DNA from: Nitrospirales bacterium
Lineage (GTDB): Bacteria; Nitrospirota; Nitrospiria; Nitrospirales; UBA8639
Assembly (NCBI GenBank): GCA_965203295.1
Contig: CBDBCZ010000019.1
Span: 2,496,001-2,560,000 of the forward strand
Length of the DNA stretch: 64,000 nucleotides
Direction: 5' to 3'
How positions within the stretch are numbered: the first letter of the stretch is position 1; every line of letters starts with the position of its first letter. The notes under the pieces are model-generated. The model searched no databases. It worked only from the letters and a program-made list of their open reading frames with translations, and was not told the origin of the DNA. Both the position numbers and the translations under genes were made by a program. This document shows, piece by piece, positions 42,716-53,922 of this stretch.

Positions 42716-44028
42716 ATGATTGTCTTGTCCAATATTCGAAAATTGTATGACGGAACGTCAGCCATTAAGGATGCCGTTCGAGAATTCGTTGATGTCTGGA
42801 TTGAAGGAGAAACGATTACAGCAGTCGTGCCTCATAAGCCTCGTACACCGAAAGGCTCAGAAATTCAGCGAATTGATTGTTCCGGCTATGTCGTGACGCC
42901 AGGGCTCATTGATTGTCACGGTCACGTGACCCTGCATGGGGTGGGTCGGGATGACATGGAGCGGATGAATTCTCAAGGTGGTCTGCTTTATGCTGAGGGT
43001 ATTCTCTATACCACCCTCGTTGATGGTGGGGTGACAACGGTGAGGGATGTAGGAGGAGCGACCCATTTCCTTAAACGTATGATTGATGAAGGCATGATGA
43101 TGGGGCCCCGGTTAAAGATCGCGATTTGTATGCTATCGACCACAGGAGGTCATGCTGACTTCCGTGGTCCTGACCGCTGTTGTGGGGACTTGTCGCGGTT
43201 ATGGCCTCCAGGGCCAGGCCGACCTTCCAGCATTGTGGATGGACCTTGGGATTGTCGGAAGCGTATTCGAGAGATTGCAGCCTGTGGAGCGGATCTGGTT
43301 AAAATTTGTGCCAGTCCTGGGGTGATTTCTCCTATGGATCATCTCGAGCATCGTGACTTTACGGCTGAGGAAATAGAGGCGATCTGTGAGGAGGCTGCTG
43401 CACGCGGTTTATATGTCGCGGCTCATGCCCACAGCCATAGTGGTATCGCCTTAGCGATTGATCATGGAGTCCAAGATATCCAGCATATTTCCTTTATGGA
43501 CGAAGCCTTGGCTGAGAAGGCATATATTCAAGGGCTGTGCCGTGACCCCTACGTCCTGGATTACTCAAGCGTTATTGGAAGGAAAGGGTCTGAGTCCGTT
43601 TGTCCAAGAAAAAGTCCGGCAAGTCGCGACAGCTCATTCCCGTGCTGTACAAATAGCGCATCAAAGCGGGCTGGTTTTGCTAGCAGGAAGCGACCCGGTA
43701 CTCCCAGGAATGCACGGGAAAAACTATATGGAACTTGTATCGTTAATCCAAGATGGGGTTCCTGCCTTGTCGGCTTGGTACAGCGCGACAGGCTTAGCTG
43801 GAGAACGCATTGGATTAACAAAGATCGGGAAAATCCTTTCAGGTTTCCGCGCCGACCTTCTTACTTATTACGAAATCAGATGTTGTCAGTGATCCGACCC
43901 TGTTTTTAGAGGGAACCCTCATTGAGGTCATGAAGGATGGATTTGGATATCGTGGAGCTCTTTCTGAGCTTCCACAACGAACTTTTGAGCAAGGCGTGAG
44001 AGAAAGGATGGAACATACGGACTTATGA
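42716..44028 (+). pseudogene. Metal-dependent amidohydrolase (Xaa-Pro dipeptidase-like), two frameshifts (~43525, ~43862)
   Basis: PGLIDCHGH, GVTTVRDVG, TGGHAD, VAAHAH; then AGSD in a second frame; ADLL...VMKDG in a third; CTTA duplicated near 43862. Confidence 0.85.
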
Positions 44029-44604
44029 TTCCTTTTGTATTTGGGGCGTAAATAAGTCCTCGTTGGGATCCTCTTGCATATCCACGACCAGCTCTCCCTT
44101 GGGGGAGAAAAACCCCTGACCGTCAATCTGGACAATTCCGTTGCAGTGGTCCTGAAAGAACTCGAGAACCCACCCATTGAAATCATACCCATCATCCGTA
44201 ATATCGTTTTTCACGATTCGTGTGGTCGCAATGAAACGAGCGCGCACGACAAATTCACGGGCGAGTTGCGCTTCCTCGTCACCAAAGGCAGCAAGTTGCC
44301 CCACGAAACCAGCCTGTTCTTTTTCAAACACATCCTTATATGTGCCCCGATCTCGCACACAAAATAACTGAATAGGCTTCTGGTCCCGGTTGTAGCCCAT
44401 GGTGATTTGAACCCAAGCCCAATCATCCAGAGCCTCTGGGTCCATCTTAGGAAGCAGAGCAATCTGGTTTTTTGCCTTGAGAAAATCCATCAGTAAACGA
44501 AGGGGAGGTGATTCTTCTCGTTGACAAAAAACACGACAGTATACAAACTCTTCGCCTGTTTCATCAGATTTGGTAACTGAAAATACTGGTAATTCTTTAC
44601 CCAT
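44023..44604 (-). CDS. Hypothetical acidic protein
   Basis: 193-aa ORF, RBS GAGG before ATG. Confidence 0.75.
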   Translation of the reverse strand: MGKELPVFSVTKSDETGEEFVYCRVFCQREESPPLRLLMDFLKAKNQIALLPKMDPEALDDWAWVQITMGYNRDQKPIQLFCVRDRGTYKDVFEKEQAGFVGQLAAFGDEEAQLAREFVVRARFIATTRIVKNDITDDGYDFNGWVLEFFQDHCNGIVQIDGQGFFSPKGELVVDMQEDPNEDLFTPQIQKES

Positions 44605-44672
44605 GATGTCCTCTTCCTGTTTCAGGTTCCGTGAGTGTTAGGAGACCAAAAGTTCTAAAAAACACTTTACCT

Positions 44673-44687
44673 TGGCGCCATCCTTGC
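44673..44687 (+). promoter_or_regulatory. Possible sigma-54 -24/-12 site upstream of HU gene
   Basis: TGGCGCCATCCTTGC fits GG-N10-GC; ~250 bp from the start codon, may be chance. Confidence 0.3.
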
Positions 44688-44937
44688 CTTCAAGGTGTCC
44701 TCTGACGTCATAAAGAATTCCCTGATTACTATTTCAAGAACTCTTTTTAAGGCGTTGTTATGCTGTTTTGTGGTTGACACTCTATAATCCTTCGGGTAGA
44801 CTCAGAACCCGTCCATTCGCAAGTTTTTGTTGAACCCCAGAATAGCTCAGAAGTTGTAAGCCATGGAGCGGGCATGTTCGTTTCGTCATTTCCATTAACT
44901 TATCAAGCACTCACTTTTTAATCATGAGGAGGTCTGT

Positions 44938-45225
44938 ATGGGGAAAGCGATGACAAAGTCTCAGATCGCTGATCACCTTGCTGGTAAGGCAGGCGTTACC
45001 AAAAAAACTGCTACTCAGGTGATGGAGGATCTTGCAGCACTTGCCTATAAGGAAGCCAAGAATTCTTTTACGATTCCAGGGGTTGGGAAATTGGTCCTGT
45101 CCCATCGAAAAGCACGAGTGGGGCGCAATCCTCAAACAGGTGCTCCAATCAAGATTCCAGCAAAAAAGGTGTTGAAGTTTCGAGTCGCCAAGGCTGCAAA
45201 GGATTCCATTTTAGGCAAAAAATAA
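44938..45225 (+). CDS. hup: DNA-binding protein HU
   Basis: MTKSQ, IPGVGKL, RKARVGRNPQTG..IKIPAKK.LKFR. Confidence 0.95.
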   Translation: MGKAMTKSQIADHLAGKAGVTKKTATQVMEDLAALAYKEAKNSFTIPGVGKLVLSHRKARVGRNPQTGAPIKIPAKKVLKFRVAKAAKDSILGKK

Positions 45226-45306
45226 GAAATCCTTTCCCCGTCGGCCAATTGCAACAACTTCTCTAACCCTTTCAGCGCTCTGTTTTTCTTTCCTTCATCC
45301 ATTTTT

Positions 45307-45346
45307 AAAAAGGGGCCAGCAAGAAGTTTCCTGCTGCCCCCTTTTT
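45307..45346. terminator. Bidirectional intrinsic terminator
   Basis: AAAAAGGGGCCAGCA...TGCTGCCCCCTTTTT between convergent genes. Confidence 0.75.
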
Positions 45347-45412
45347 ATATCAACCAACCCAGGTTTTTATGTCTGATAAAATGGATAAGCCTTCAAGCCG
45401 CTCGAATTCTTC

Positions 45413-45688
45413 CTAAAATAACGAAGAACTGAGGCCTTTCGTACTCATGCCGTCATGGGCTACCAGGCTGACCACATCTCCATCATGGACCTGAGTATCT
45501 TCGCTGGCAATTCGCTTATTCACGGTGACTATCAATTTATTTTCCCGTAAAAGGCGAAACACTGTTCTCAGTTTACGACCCTGAAGTTGAATTAACTGCT
45601 TCACGCGTATCGAGTCTGGAATCTCGCAAGCCAATGTTCGCTCACCATCAGCGGTCTCAAGTTCTCCCATTAATGATATCGTCACCAT
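45413..45688 (-). CDS. MoaD/ThiS-like beta-grasp protein lacking C-terminal Gly-Gly
   Basis: IVTVN.R...DTQVHDGDVVSLV; ends ...GLSSSLF. Confidence 0.7.
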   Translation of the reverse strand: MVTISLMGELETADGERTLACEIPDSIRVKQLIQLQGRKLRTVFRLLRENKLIVTVNKRIASEDTQVHDGDVVSLVAHDGMSTKGLSSSLF

Positions 45689-45788
45689 ACGTCACCTTTT
45701 CTCCTGGGACCATATTCAAACATTCTTAAATTGAGCGCTACGTGCTTCCTCGTAATCAAGACCCGGTGAACGGGCCGTTGATCATGGG

Positions 45789-46576
45789 CTATGGCACGAA
45801 GGAGACCACCCGCGCTGGGCCACCAGTCTCTCCTTTAATTTTTATTAGGGAGGGCAGCCACGAGACTTCCTCGAGGGGGCAATTTTTCCATATTGGCAAC
45901 GTTCTCAAGAGCATAGTGATTGGCTTCGCTCAAGATCCGATGAACTGGAAAGGTCGTCGACTTTCCTGGATCAATGCTGGCGGTATCAATGCCAACAACA
46001 CGAATGTGACGTTCGTAGACCAAAAATCCAATGGCCTTGGCGGAAAACCCAGGAAAGTGGAGCGTCGTAGGATCATTGGGAGTCGTGCTACCAAGATACT
46101 GCTGTTTATTCGGCCAATGCTTTCCCCATCCAGTCCACAGAAGAATAATGGATGCGGATTCAATTTCCCCATGTTGAGACTCCCATTCAACGATGTCAGC
46201 CACGGACAATTCATAATCGGGGTTAGTCTGACACGATTGGCGGATATCGATGACGATGGCTGGACCAATGAGCTGTCGAGCGGGAATTTCGTCAACGCTT
46301 AACCCAGAAGCTGCGAAATGAATGGGTGCATCCATATGGGTGCCTCCGTGCTCGGAGGCTGAGAAGTTTTCCTGACGCGTACCAATAACCTTTGGAGGTC
46401 ATCCCACGAGCCGTCTCAGTTCTTGTAAAGTTCAGATTATGGGGCCAATAGATTGTATCCTGGTCAAAAGGATGGGTGAGGTCAATGATCGATCGAGACT
46501 CAAGAGGTTCATGAGAACAGGATGATACAAGCAGCCTCAACAACATTGCCATCCATATCAGAGAACAACAACGCAC
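45789..46576 (-). pseudogene. Cyclase-family (kynurenine formamidase-like) lipoprotein, two frameshifts (~46368, ~45845)
   Basis: IIDLTH, reconstructed SEHGGTHMDAPIHF, FPGF, GIDTASID, LENVAN, reconstructed LPIKIKGETGGPARV. Confidence 0.85.
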
Positions 46577-46824
46577 AACGCTCCTTCGGTATGAGTCTCG
46601 AGCTTCACGAACCTGTAAATCCTAGCAAGTTTAAAAAGAATGGGGCAATGTTCAGGCATGACGATCGAGTTGAAAGGGAGCGACACGAAGAAAGACCCCT
46701 TACTTGACATGCTTTGTGTGAAAACACCATACCCAGGTGGCCCTCTTCTCACGAAATGGGTATACTGATTAGGCCCATGGCCTTTTGAATGAACAAGAAA
46801 GTCTGCCTAAAGTAAGCTCTCAGT

Positions 46825-47076
46825 ATGTATAAATTTATCATCATCCTCGTTCTACTGATCATCCTCTTCTTCATGATTCGCAAAGCCATCAGGGAATTTA
46901 TGGGAAAAGATACGAGGGATCTTGCCGCTCCGGGGAAAGAGGTGATGGTGCAAGATCCCGTTTGTAAACTCTATGTTACGACTGAATCAGCGATAATTGA
47001 GAAGATGGGAGGACAGACCTATTATTTTTGCAGCAATGAATGTGCTCACAGTTTCAAAAAACACCTCGCTGGTTAA
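46825..47076 (+). CDS. YHS/TRASH domain membrane-anchored protein
   Basis: N-terminal TM; DPVCKLYV...YYFCSNEC. Confidence 0.85.
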   Translation: MYKFIIILVLLIILFFMIRKAIREFMGKDTRDLAAPGKEVMVQDPVCKLYVTTESAIIEKMGGQTYYFCSNECAHSFKKHLAG

Positions 47077-47160
47077 CCTTTGAGGTGAAAGCAACTCTGC
47101 TTCCCTTCAACAAGAAAGTACGACGTTCAAACTGAAAAGTGGGTTGGAAGAAGAAAGTGA

Positions 47161-48150
47161 CTAAGCCCTACCGTTACTGAGTGCTCCTCCACAGGATGAC
47201 CCCAATCCCGCCGTACACCCGAAACAATGGGTTCCTGTCACAATAGGACGATGTGCCAAAGGCTCCACATCAAATGATGAAAGCGTGTTTCCTAATTTGG
47301 GATTAATGGGGAGATTCAACATCTGATTGAAATCACAATCATATAACTTTCCATCCCAACTCACGCTGATCAGCGAACGGCACATGAGTCCGTCAATAGC
47401 GTCAGGATTGAAACTGTTGATGAGGAGATCAAGATAACAATCATGCTGACCCGTGGCCTGCAGATCCTTCAAAAATCGGCTAATGGGCATGTTGGTGATC
47501 GTATAGAGCCGATTGAATGAAAGGCCAAATCGGTGAGCTAGCTCTTCTTTGTACTCGCGTTCTAAGTCCTGTTGAGGCGGGGGAAGATTTGGTCCAAGTG
47601 GATTGTAGACCAAGTTTAACGTTAACCCTGACCCCTCTCTCCCATATCCCAAATCATTGAGTAGACGCAGAGCCGTTATACTGCGATCAAACACTCCTTT
47701 TCCCCTCTGTTGATCGACGTTTTCTCCTAGGTAACAGGGGAGTGATGCAATAATTTCAACGTGATGCTCTGCTAAGAATCTGGGGAGATGTTCCTTCCCT
47801 TTGACAAAGAAAACCGTCAGGTTGCATCGATCAATGACGTGGCGGCAAACATTGCGGCATTCAGTGACCAAGTACTCGAAATGTGGATTCATTTCTGGAG
47901 CCCCGCCTGTGATGTCCACGGTAGAGATTTGAGGATTGTTTCGAATGATGCCCAATAGGAGGTCGATGGTTTCTCGAGTCATCACCTCGGTTCGTTGAGG
48001 GCCGGCATCAACGTGACAATGTTGGCAGGTTTGATTGCACAGCTTCCCCACATTCACTTGAAGAGTCGAGACGCTTTCAGCAAGCAAACGGGTGACCCCA
48101 TGCGTTTTTAACGCATGGGCAAAGGAATGCTGGGATATTTCTTTTTCCAT
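47161..48150 (-). CDS. arsS: Radical SAM / Cys-rich protein of the ArsS (arsenosugar biosynthesis) family
   Basis: LQVNVGKLCNQTCQHCHVDAGP, DITGGAPE, ASLPCY, YDCDFNQM, HCFGCTAG.GSSCGG. Confidence 0.88.
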   Translation of the reverse strand: MEKEISQHSFAHALKTHGVTRLLAESVSTLQVNVGKLCNQTCQHCHVDAGPQRTEVMTRETIDLLLGIIRNNPQISTVDITGGAPEMNPHFEYLVTECRNVCRHVIDRCNLTVFFVKGKEHLPRFLAEHHVEIIASLPCYLGENVDQQRGKGVFDRSITALRLLNDLGYGREGSGLTLNLVYNPLGPNLPPPQQDLEREYKEELAHRFGLSFNRLYTITNMPISRFLKDLQATGQHDCYLDLLINSFNPDAIDGLMCRSLISVSWDGKLYDCDFNQMLNLPINPKLGNTLSSFDVEPLAHRPIVTGTHCFGCTAGLGSSCGGALSNGRA

Positions 48151-48236
48151 GAAGTTGTCTTGGAGAACAGGCAAAGAACTCATACTGAACGCTATCTGAG
48201 AATGCGGTCTTGTCAAGATTTCGGATAAGCCATCAA

Positions 48237-49422
48237 TTAGCAACAGCTCCCTGAAGGTTCACAGGAAACCGCTTGGTGATCCACAACTTCGCTGGCCCGA
48301 TTCAGCACGCCGAAAAAAGAGCGGTACCCATCAGTTTGAAGAACCTTTAGCGTTTTGGAACAAACCTCCTGAGGAATACCCAATTGAAACCTGTGATGAT
48401 CATCATCCTCGATCTCAAGAAAAGGGCCTGTCAAAAGGGCGAAATGACCTTCCCACATGCAGGGGTCTTTTTCTGGTATGACAGCTCTCCAACGTTCATC
48501 CGAACTTGTGAACCCGATGGATGTATCGGAGAGCACAAACAAATCGTCATACAAAGAGGTGCGAAGCAATGTCTCAGATCGATTGTCGATAGGCTCAGGG
48601 ATTCCACGAACATAGATCGTCCCGAGTTCATCCTTAACTCGACTAAATGGCCCCATCAAGGTCGCGAATCTTGGGCTTAACGAAGTGGAGTGGCTCTCAA
48701 GCTTGTACCCTGTTACCGTCACAGACACAAAGTGAATCCCGTCGATGACCCTCCAGGGTGACATTGACTTGGTGAATCCCAAGAAATCCCGCCTGGTGAA
48801 GGCCGCTCCAATACTCATTCAAAGGCAACGCGCCCGATAGACAATCTCCCCATTTTTCTGTGTTGTGTACAAGATAGTTCGGAACAGGTTGATCAGCAAC
48901 AATATCGGAGACTGTAAAGCGCCCCCCATTCCGGAGAACCCGGAACATTTCTCCAAATACTTTAGATTTATCGGGGGCAAGATTGATCACGCAATTGGAG
49001 ATGATCAAATCGACCGTATTATCATCGACTGGCATGGCTTCGGCTTGGCCTTTACGGAAATCCACATTGGACTGACCATAACCAAGGTTTCGAGCCACGG
49101 TGGGGGCCTCGGTTCGTGCCAACGCCAACATTTCATCCGTCATATCAATACCAATCACTTTTCCTTCGGATCCCACTCGACGGGCAGCCTCAAAACAGTC
49201 AATGCCTCCCCCCGAACCAATATCCAAGATTGTTTCACCGGGCTGAACCGTCGACAGGCCAACTGGAGTCCCACAGCCATAGGACACCTTGAGGACTGAC
49301 TCAGGAATAAAAGTCCGCAAATCATCATGGTTGTACCCTGTTGGGCAACACATTTCCTCGCCTGTGGTCACAGCCCTGGCATAACGTTCGTTCATGGCTT
49401 TCGTAATCGATGCATTCTCCAT
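48237..49422 (-). pseudogene. arsM: Arsenite methyltransferase-like SAM-dependent methyltransferase, frameshift near 48758
   Basis: MCCP, SYGCG.P, LDIGSGGGID, ISNCVINL, WGDCLSGA; second frame PWRVIDGIHFVSVT..GYK to Cys-rich tail SCEPSGSCC. Confidence 0.78.
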
Positions 49423-49660
49423 TAACACCTCACCAAATTAGGGTCGCACGGGTCACGATGGTATCAATCAAGTGTGAGAGAAGGGTCAACAAGATAACCG
49501 TCTGGAAGTTCATAATCTCAGATGCCCAGAATGAGTCAACCGCTGGGAAATTCTTCATAAGCGGACTAGGCGAATAGTCTTCATAAACAAGAAATTATTA
49601 CAGATGTAAGCAGGTTTTCGCCATTAGGTAAGACTTTCTATGAGCGTGAAACCCATCAAT

Positions 49661-50416
49661 CTAAGGAAAAGTCAGTTGGCTACCCGCGACTTGATCCACA
49701 AACCAACTCACATCGCCCAGATCAGGCTTAATAACTTGTGAGGGTAACATGTCGGGTTGATGAGGGCCCTCTAGCACAGATCGAAGCGTATCAGCTTTTT
49801 CAGCGCCACTCACGAAAAACACCACATGAGCTGCGTGATTGAGGACTCGAGGCGTGAGAGTAATCCGAAAGCTTTGAAACTTCTCCACCCAAGGAGCGGC
49901 AACAAGTTTGGTGTTTTCATGAACAGCTGCAGTCCCGGGGAAAAGGGACGCTGTATGACCATCTGACCTCATCCCCAAGAAAATCAGGTCAAAGCATGGA
50001 GGTTCTGAGGGGGAAGATTGAAATTCATGGTGTAACAGGGATTCATACTGATCCGCTGCTAGTGGGGCATCTGGGAGCTCGCTAGGAATACGAAAAATGT
50101 TGGAGGCAGGAATAGGCACTTTTGAAAGAAGTACCTCATGGGCCATCCGAAAGTTGCTGTCTGGATGATCGGGCGGAACGTGCCGCTCGTCACCCCAAAA
50201 AATTTTCAGACGACCCCAGATCAATTGGTCTCTAAAAGCAGGTGAGGCAAGGAGTGAATATAGACCTCGCGGGGTCGCCCCCCCCGCCAGCGCTATCGTA
50301 CATAATCCTTTCGAGTCAATAGCCTGGCTTGCGAGCTGGACAGTTTTTTCCGCGGCACTATGCGTCAGTGACTGGATATCTGGGAAAATCCGGATATCAT
50401 GGTTGGATGGAGTCAT
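49661..50416 (-). CDS. pgl: 6-phosphogluconolactonase
   Basis: ALAGGATP, WGDERHVPPDHPDSN, DGHTASLFP, RITLT. Confidence 0.93.
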   Translation of the reverse strand: MTPSNHDIRIFPDIQSLTHSAAEKTVQLASQAIDSKGLCTIALAGGATPRGLYSLLASPAFRDQLIWGRLKIFWGDERHVPPDHPDSNFRMAHEVLLSKVPIPASNIFRIPSELPDAPLAADQYESLLHHEFQSSPSEPPCFDLIFLGMRSDGHTASLFPGTAAVHENTKLVAAPWVEKFQSFRITLTPRVLNHAAHVVFFVSGAEKADTLRSVLEGPHQPDMLPSQVIKPDLGDVSWFVDQVAGSQLTFP

Positions 50417-50515
50417 ATCCGGCTTCCCAAGGGGTGTTGAATAATTCAAAACTTTCTCGATCATAAGCCACCTCCCATACAAACCCTAAAGCGGCAGAAG
50501 GAGCAGGGGCTCGCT

Positions 50516-50827
50516 CTAACAACCAGAGTAGCTGTAATCTTCGAGTTTCTGTTCTTTATCAAAATCGAGGGTAATTTGGCATTTATTTGGGGAAAAGTTC
50601 CAAAATGGAGGCCCTGACTCCCCTCCTGCAATGCGGAAATACGTCCACGTTTCTCCACCAAAAAATCTCTTAGACTTCCCGCTGGGTTTGCCCCATTGCT
50701 CTTCAAACCATGCTTGGGACTTCCCTTCAAATTCGGCTGGGTTCAGTGAGGCATCAAGGTAAGGGTTGCCCCCACATCCAAACAATCCCAGTCCCACCAA
50801 CAAAGCAAAAAGAATTCCTCGTTTCAT
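50516..50827 (-). CDS. Small lipoprotein (BamE/SmpA-like fold possible)
   Basis: Lipobox LFGC; WGKP...ETWTY, LDFD. Confidence 0.7.
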   Translation of the reverse strand: MKRGILFALLVGLGLFGCGGNPYLDASLNPAEFEGKSQAWFEEQWGKPSGKSKRFFGGETWTYFRIAGGESGPPFWNFSPNKCQITLDFDKEQKLEDYSYSGC

Positions 50828-51122
50828 TAGGTAGCCTGCCTTTCTTTCGTCCATTCCCGCCCATAAAAACTCCACATAAATTGGGCTGCCTGAGGCTTTG
50901 AAGAACATTTGAGGGGATCTTATGGAAATACCCACAGGAAGCCGAAAACTTATGAAAATTCTAACTGGGACTCTTTATTTCAGTCAAACCTGAGAGAATT
51001 CCTCTTTCCCCAATGTAAAGAAGAGGGTTGAATTTGTGGTGGGATTAGAGTTCAAATAGAAAGAGCAACAGATCATGATCCACCACATAGATTAATCATA
51101 AATACACGCTGAGAGGAGCATC

Positions 51123-51770
51123 ATGAAAATTTTTCTTGATACTGGAAATATCAAAGAGATCAGGGAGGCTGCAAGCTTGGGGGTCTTGGATGGCGTGACG
51201 ACAAATCCGTCTTTGGTATCCAAAGAAGGAAGGGATTTCAAAGATCTCCTTGTAGAAATTTGCGATGTGGTTGATGGACCGATAAGCGCCGAGGTAGTGA
51301 GTATTGAGGCTGAAGCGATGGTGAAGGAAGGGCGAGAATTGGCCAAGATTAATCATAATATCGTGGTCAAATGTCCCCTGATTCCTGAAGGATTAAAAGC
51401 CACCAAACGATTGGCCAGTGAAGGCATTCGGGTGAACGTGACACTCTGTTTTTCACCGACTCAAGCCCTTCTAGCTGCAAAGGCGGGAGCGTGGTGTGTC
51501 TCACCGTTTATCGGGCGATTGGACGATATTAGTAGCGATGGCATGGAATTGATCGACCAGATCGTGACAATCTATGAAAATTATGACTTCCCAACTCAGG
51601 TCCTTGTGGCAAGCGTACGGAGCCCTCAACATGTCGTCGAGGCAGCACTCATTGGTAGTCATATCTGCACGATGCCGTTTGAGGTCTTCCAACAATTAAC
51701 GAAACATCCTCTTACGGATAATGGCCTCAAAAAGTTTTTATCAGACTGGGAAACCCAGAACCCTAGGTAA
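51123..51770 (+). CDS. fsa: Transaldolase / fructose-6-phosphate aldolase family
   Basis: [36 protein letters not shown]. Confidence 0.92.
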   Translation: MKIFLDTGNIKEIREAASLGVLDGVTTNPSLVSKEGRDFKDLLVEICDVVDGPISAEVVSIEAEAMVKEGRELAKINHNIVVKCPLIPEGLKATKRLASEGIRVNVTLCFSPTQALLAAKAGAWCVSPFIGRLDDISSDGMELIDQIVTIYENYDFPTQVLVASVRSPQHVVEAALIGSHICTMPFEVFQQLTKHPLTDNGLKKFLSDWETQNPR

Positions 51771-51807
51771 GAGGCTAAATTATGGGGAACCGTATTCTGT
51801 TGCCCTA

Positions 51808-52491
51808 TTAACGAAGAAGATATTTTCTCGCTAACTCAAACACACGGTGAAACATCGTGCGAGTCAGTTTGCCAGTAAACGTGTTTTGTTGGCTTGGGTG
51901 ATACGACCCGATTAATGTCATTCCCCAGGGAAGATGTACAACCTTCCCATGCGAAAATTTTGGCATAGGCGAGAGTGAGAGATGCCCAATCTCTCGGGAG
52001 GCTTTCAAGTATTCATCAAACGCAATTTTCCCCAGCGCGACCACAACTCTCAATTTTTTCAATAGTCGTAATTCCTCTAGAAAATACCGACGACAGACCT
52101 TGAATTCTTCTGTAGTCGGTTTATTTTCCGGTGGAGCACAGCGCACTGCCGCCGAAATGTAGCAATCTTGAAGATGAAGCCCATCATCACGATGAACCGA
52201 TTCCTTTTGATTGGCAAATCCGTAGGAATGTAACGCTTCATATAACCAATCCCCACTACGATCTCCGGTAAACACCCGGCCCGTACGATTCCCTCCATGC
52301 GCCGCAGGCGCCAAACCCAACACGAAAAGCCGTGCTTGGGGATCACCAAATCCAGGCACTGGACGCCCCCAATACTCCCAATTTTGGAACCGTTTCACCT
52401 TGGCTCGGGCAACCTGCTGACGGTACTCCGTTAATCGAGGGCAAAGCGTGCATTGAGAGATCGTTTCCTGTAAAATCTTCAAGGTTGGCAT
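51808..52491 (-). CDS. udgB: Uracil-DNA glycosylase family 5
   Basis: CTLCPRL, GLAPAAHGGNRTGRVFTGD, RCAPP.NKP, YHPSQQNT. Confidence 0.9.
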   Translation of the reverse strand: MPTLKILQETISQCTLCPRLTEYRQQVARAKVKRFQNWEYWGRPVPGFGDPQARLFVLGLAPAAHGGNRTGRVFTGDRSGDWLYEALHSYGFANQKESVHRDDGLHLQDCYISAAVRCAPPENKPTTEEFKVCRRYFLEELRLLKKLRVVVALGKIAFDEYLKASREIGHLSLSPMPKFSHGKVVHLPWGMTLIGSYHPSQQNTFTGKLTRTMFHRVFELARKYLLR

Positions 52492-52530
52492 GGTCTTGCA
52501 TGATACCATAGCATCTCCTCAGGGAAGAAC

Positions 52531-53871
52531 GTGATGGACATTGCCCTATCCAACAAGAAGGTCACCGCCATTTTCAAGCAACTCATTCAAGTAGGCCTCA
52601 ATGCCGCTGATCCAGGATTGGCTGTTCACCGTAGCTTTCGGCAAAGGGGCCCTATTCTTTCTGTAGGGCAACGAAAATACGATCTCAAAAAATATCGCCA
52701 GGTTGTAGTAGTCGGAGCCGGGAAAGCCTCAGGACGAATGGCGCGGGCTGTTGAGGAGACATTGGGCGATCGAGTGAAAAATGGCTTGGTTGTGGTCAAA
52801 TATGGACATTCGTGTCAAACCAAAGCCATCAGGATACAAGAGGCACGGCATCCTCTCCCGGATCAACGATGCGTACGAGCCGCAAGAGCCATTCTTGAAC
52901 TCATCAAGCCCTTAACACCAGAAGACTTGCTGATTGTTCTTATTTCTGGAGGAGCTTCAAGTCTGCTTTCCCTTCCAGCAACGGGACTTTCCCTTTCCGA
53001 CAAGCAGAAAACGACTGACTTGTTGCTACGAAGTGGGGCTTCTATTCAGGAGATCAATTCTGTGAGAAAACATATCTCCGCCATAAAGGGGGGACGCCTC
53101 GCAGCAGCATCTCATGGGACGATGATTAGCCTCATTTTGTCAGATGTGCTGGGAGATGATCTTAGTGTGATTGGATCTGGACCTACGGCTCCAGACATCA
53201 CAACATTCCACTCTGTCAAAGCCATTTTGCAACGATATGGCCTGTGGAAAGCAATTTCCGAATCGGTCAGAAATCACGTCACCCTGGGGGAAAAGGGGAG
53301 GATTCCAGAAACGCCAAAGCCCGGCTCACTTAGGTTTGCAGCGGTTCAGAACGAGATTATTGGTAATAACATCTTGATCGTTGACAAGGTCTCCCAAAAA
53401 GCAAGAAAACTCGGTTTCCACACAATGGTGCTGACCACCACATTACAAGGAGAGGCTCGAGAAGTCGGCAAGGTCGTAGGGGCTTTGGCACAAGAAGTCC
53501 ACGGCTCCGGGCAACCAATCCCACGTCCAGCCTGTCTTCTCTTTGGAGGAGAACTCACCGTGACCATCAGAGGACAAGGCAAGGGTGGAAGAGCCCAAGA
53601 GTTTGCCTTATCCGCAGCAACGGCTATTGAAAAACTACCCAACGTGTGGATCGCTGGGTTTGGAACAGATGGAACGGATGGTCCGACGGATGCTGCCGGG
53701 GCTGTCGTTGACGGACAGACCATTCAACGAGCCTCAAAAATGGGAATTGATCCGATCAAAACCTTAGCTTCTCACGACAGTTATACCTTTTTCAAAAAAG
53801 TTGGCGGTCACATTATCACGGGACCAACCGGGACGAATGTGAATGACTTGTATATCTTATTGGCCCTTTAA
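52531..53871 (+). CDS. Glycerate 2-kinase (MOFRL family)
   Basis: GAGKA, LISGGASSL, KGGRLA, SDVLGD, GTDGTDGPT, TGPTGTNVND. Confidence 0.92.
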   Translation: MMDIALSNKKVTAIFKQLIQVGLNAADPGLAVHRSFRQRGPILSVGQRKYDLKKYRQVVVVGAGKASGRMARAVEETLGDRVKNGLVVVKYGHSCQTKAIRIQEARHPLPDQRCVRAARAILELIKPLTPEDLLIVLISGGASSLLSLPATGLSLSDKQKTTDLLLRSGASIQEINSVRKHISAIKGGRLAAASHGTMISLILSDVLGDDLSVIGSGPTAPDITTFHSVKAILQRYGLWKAISESVRNHVTLGEKGRIPETPKPGSLRFAAVQNEIIGNNILIVDKVSQKARKLGFHTMVLTTTLQGEAREVGKVVGALAQEVHGSGQPIPRPACLLFGGELTVTIRGQGKGGRAQEFALSAATAIEKLPNVWIAGFGTDGTDGPTDAAGAVVDGQTIQRASKMGIDPIKTLASHDSYTFFKKVGGHIITGPTGTNVNDLYILLAL

Positions 53872-53922
53872 CGTCGTCATGGAATCTTCTTCTTTGAAAG
53901 GAGAGGCGAGAGGAGGCAGAAA

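Noticed and set aside
44836..44890. tRNA suggested by TAGCTCAG
   Set aside because: No anticodon or T arm can be folded
47161..47230. Selenocysteine in the ArsS C-terminal motif
   Set aside because: Codon is TGT (Cys); no in-frame TGA
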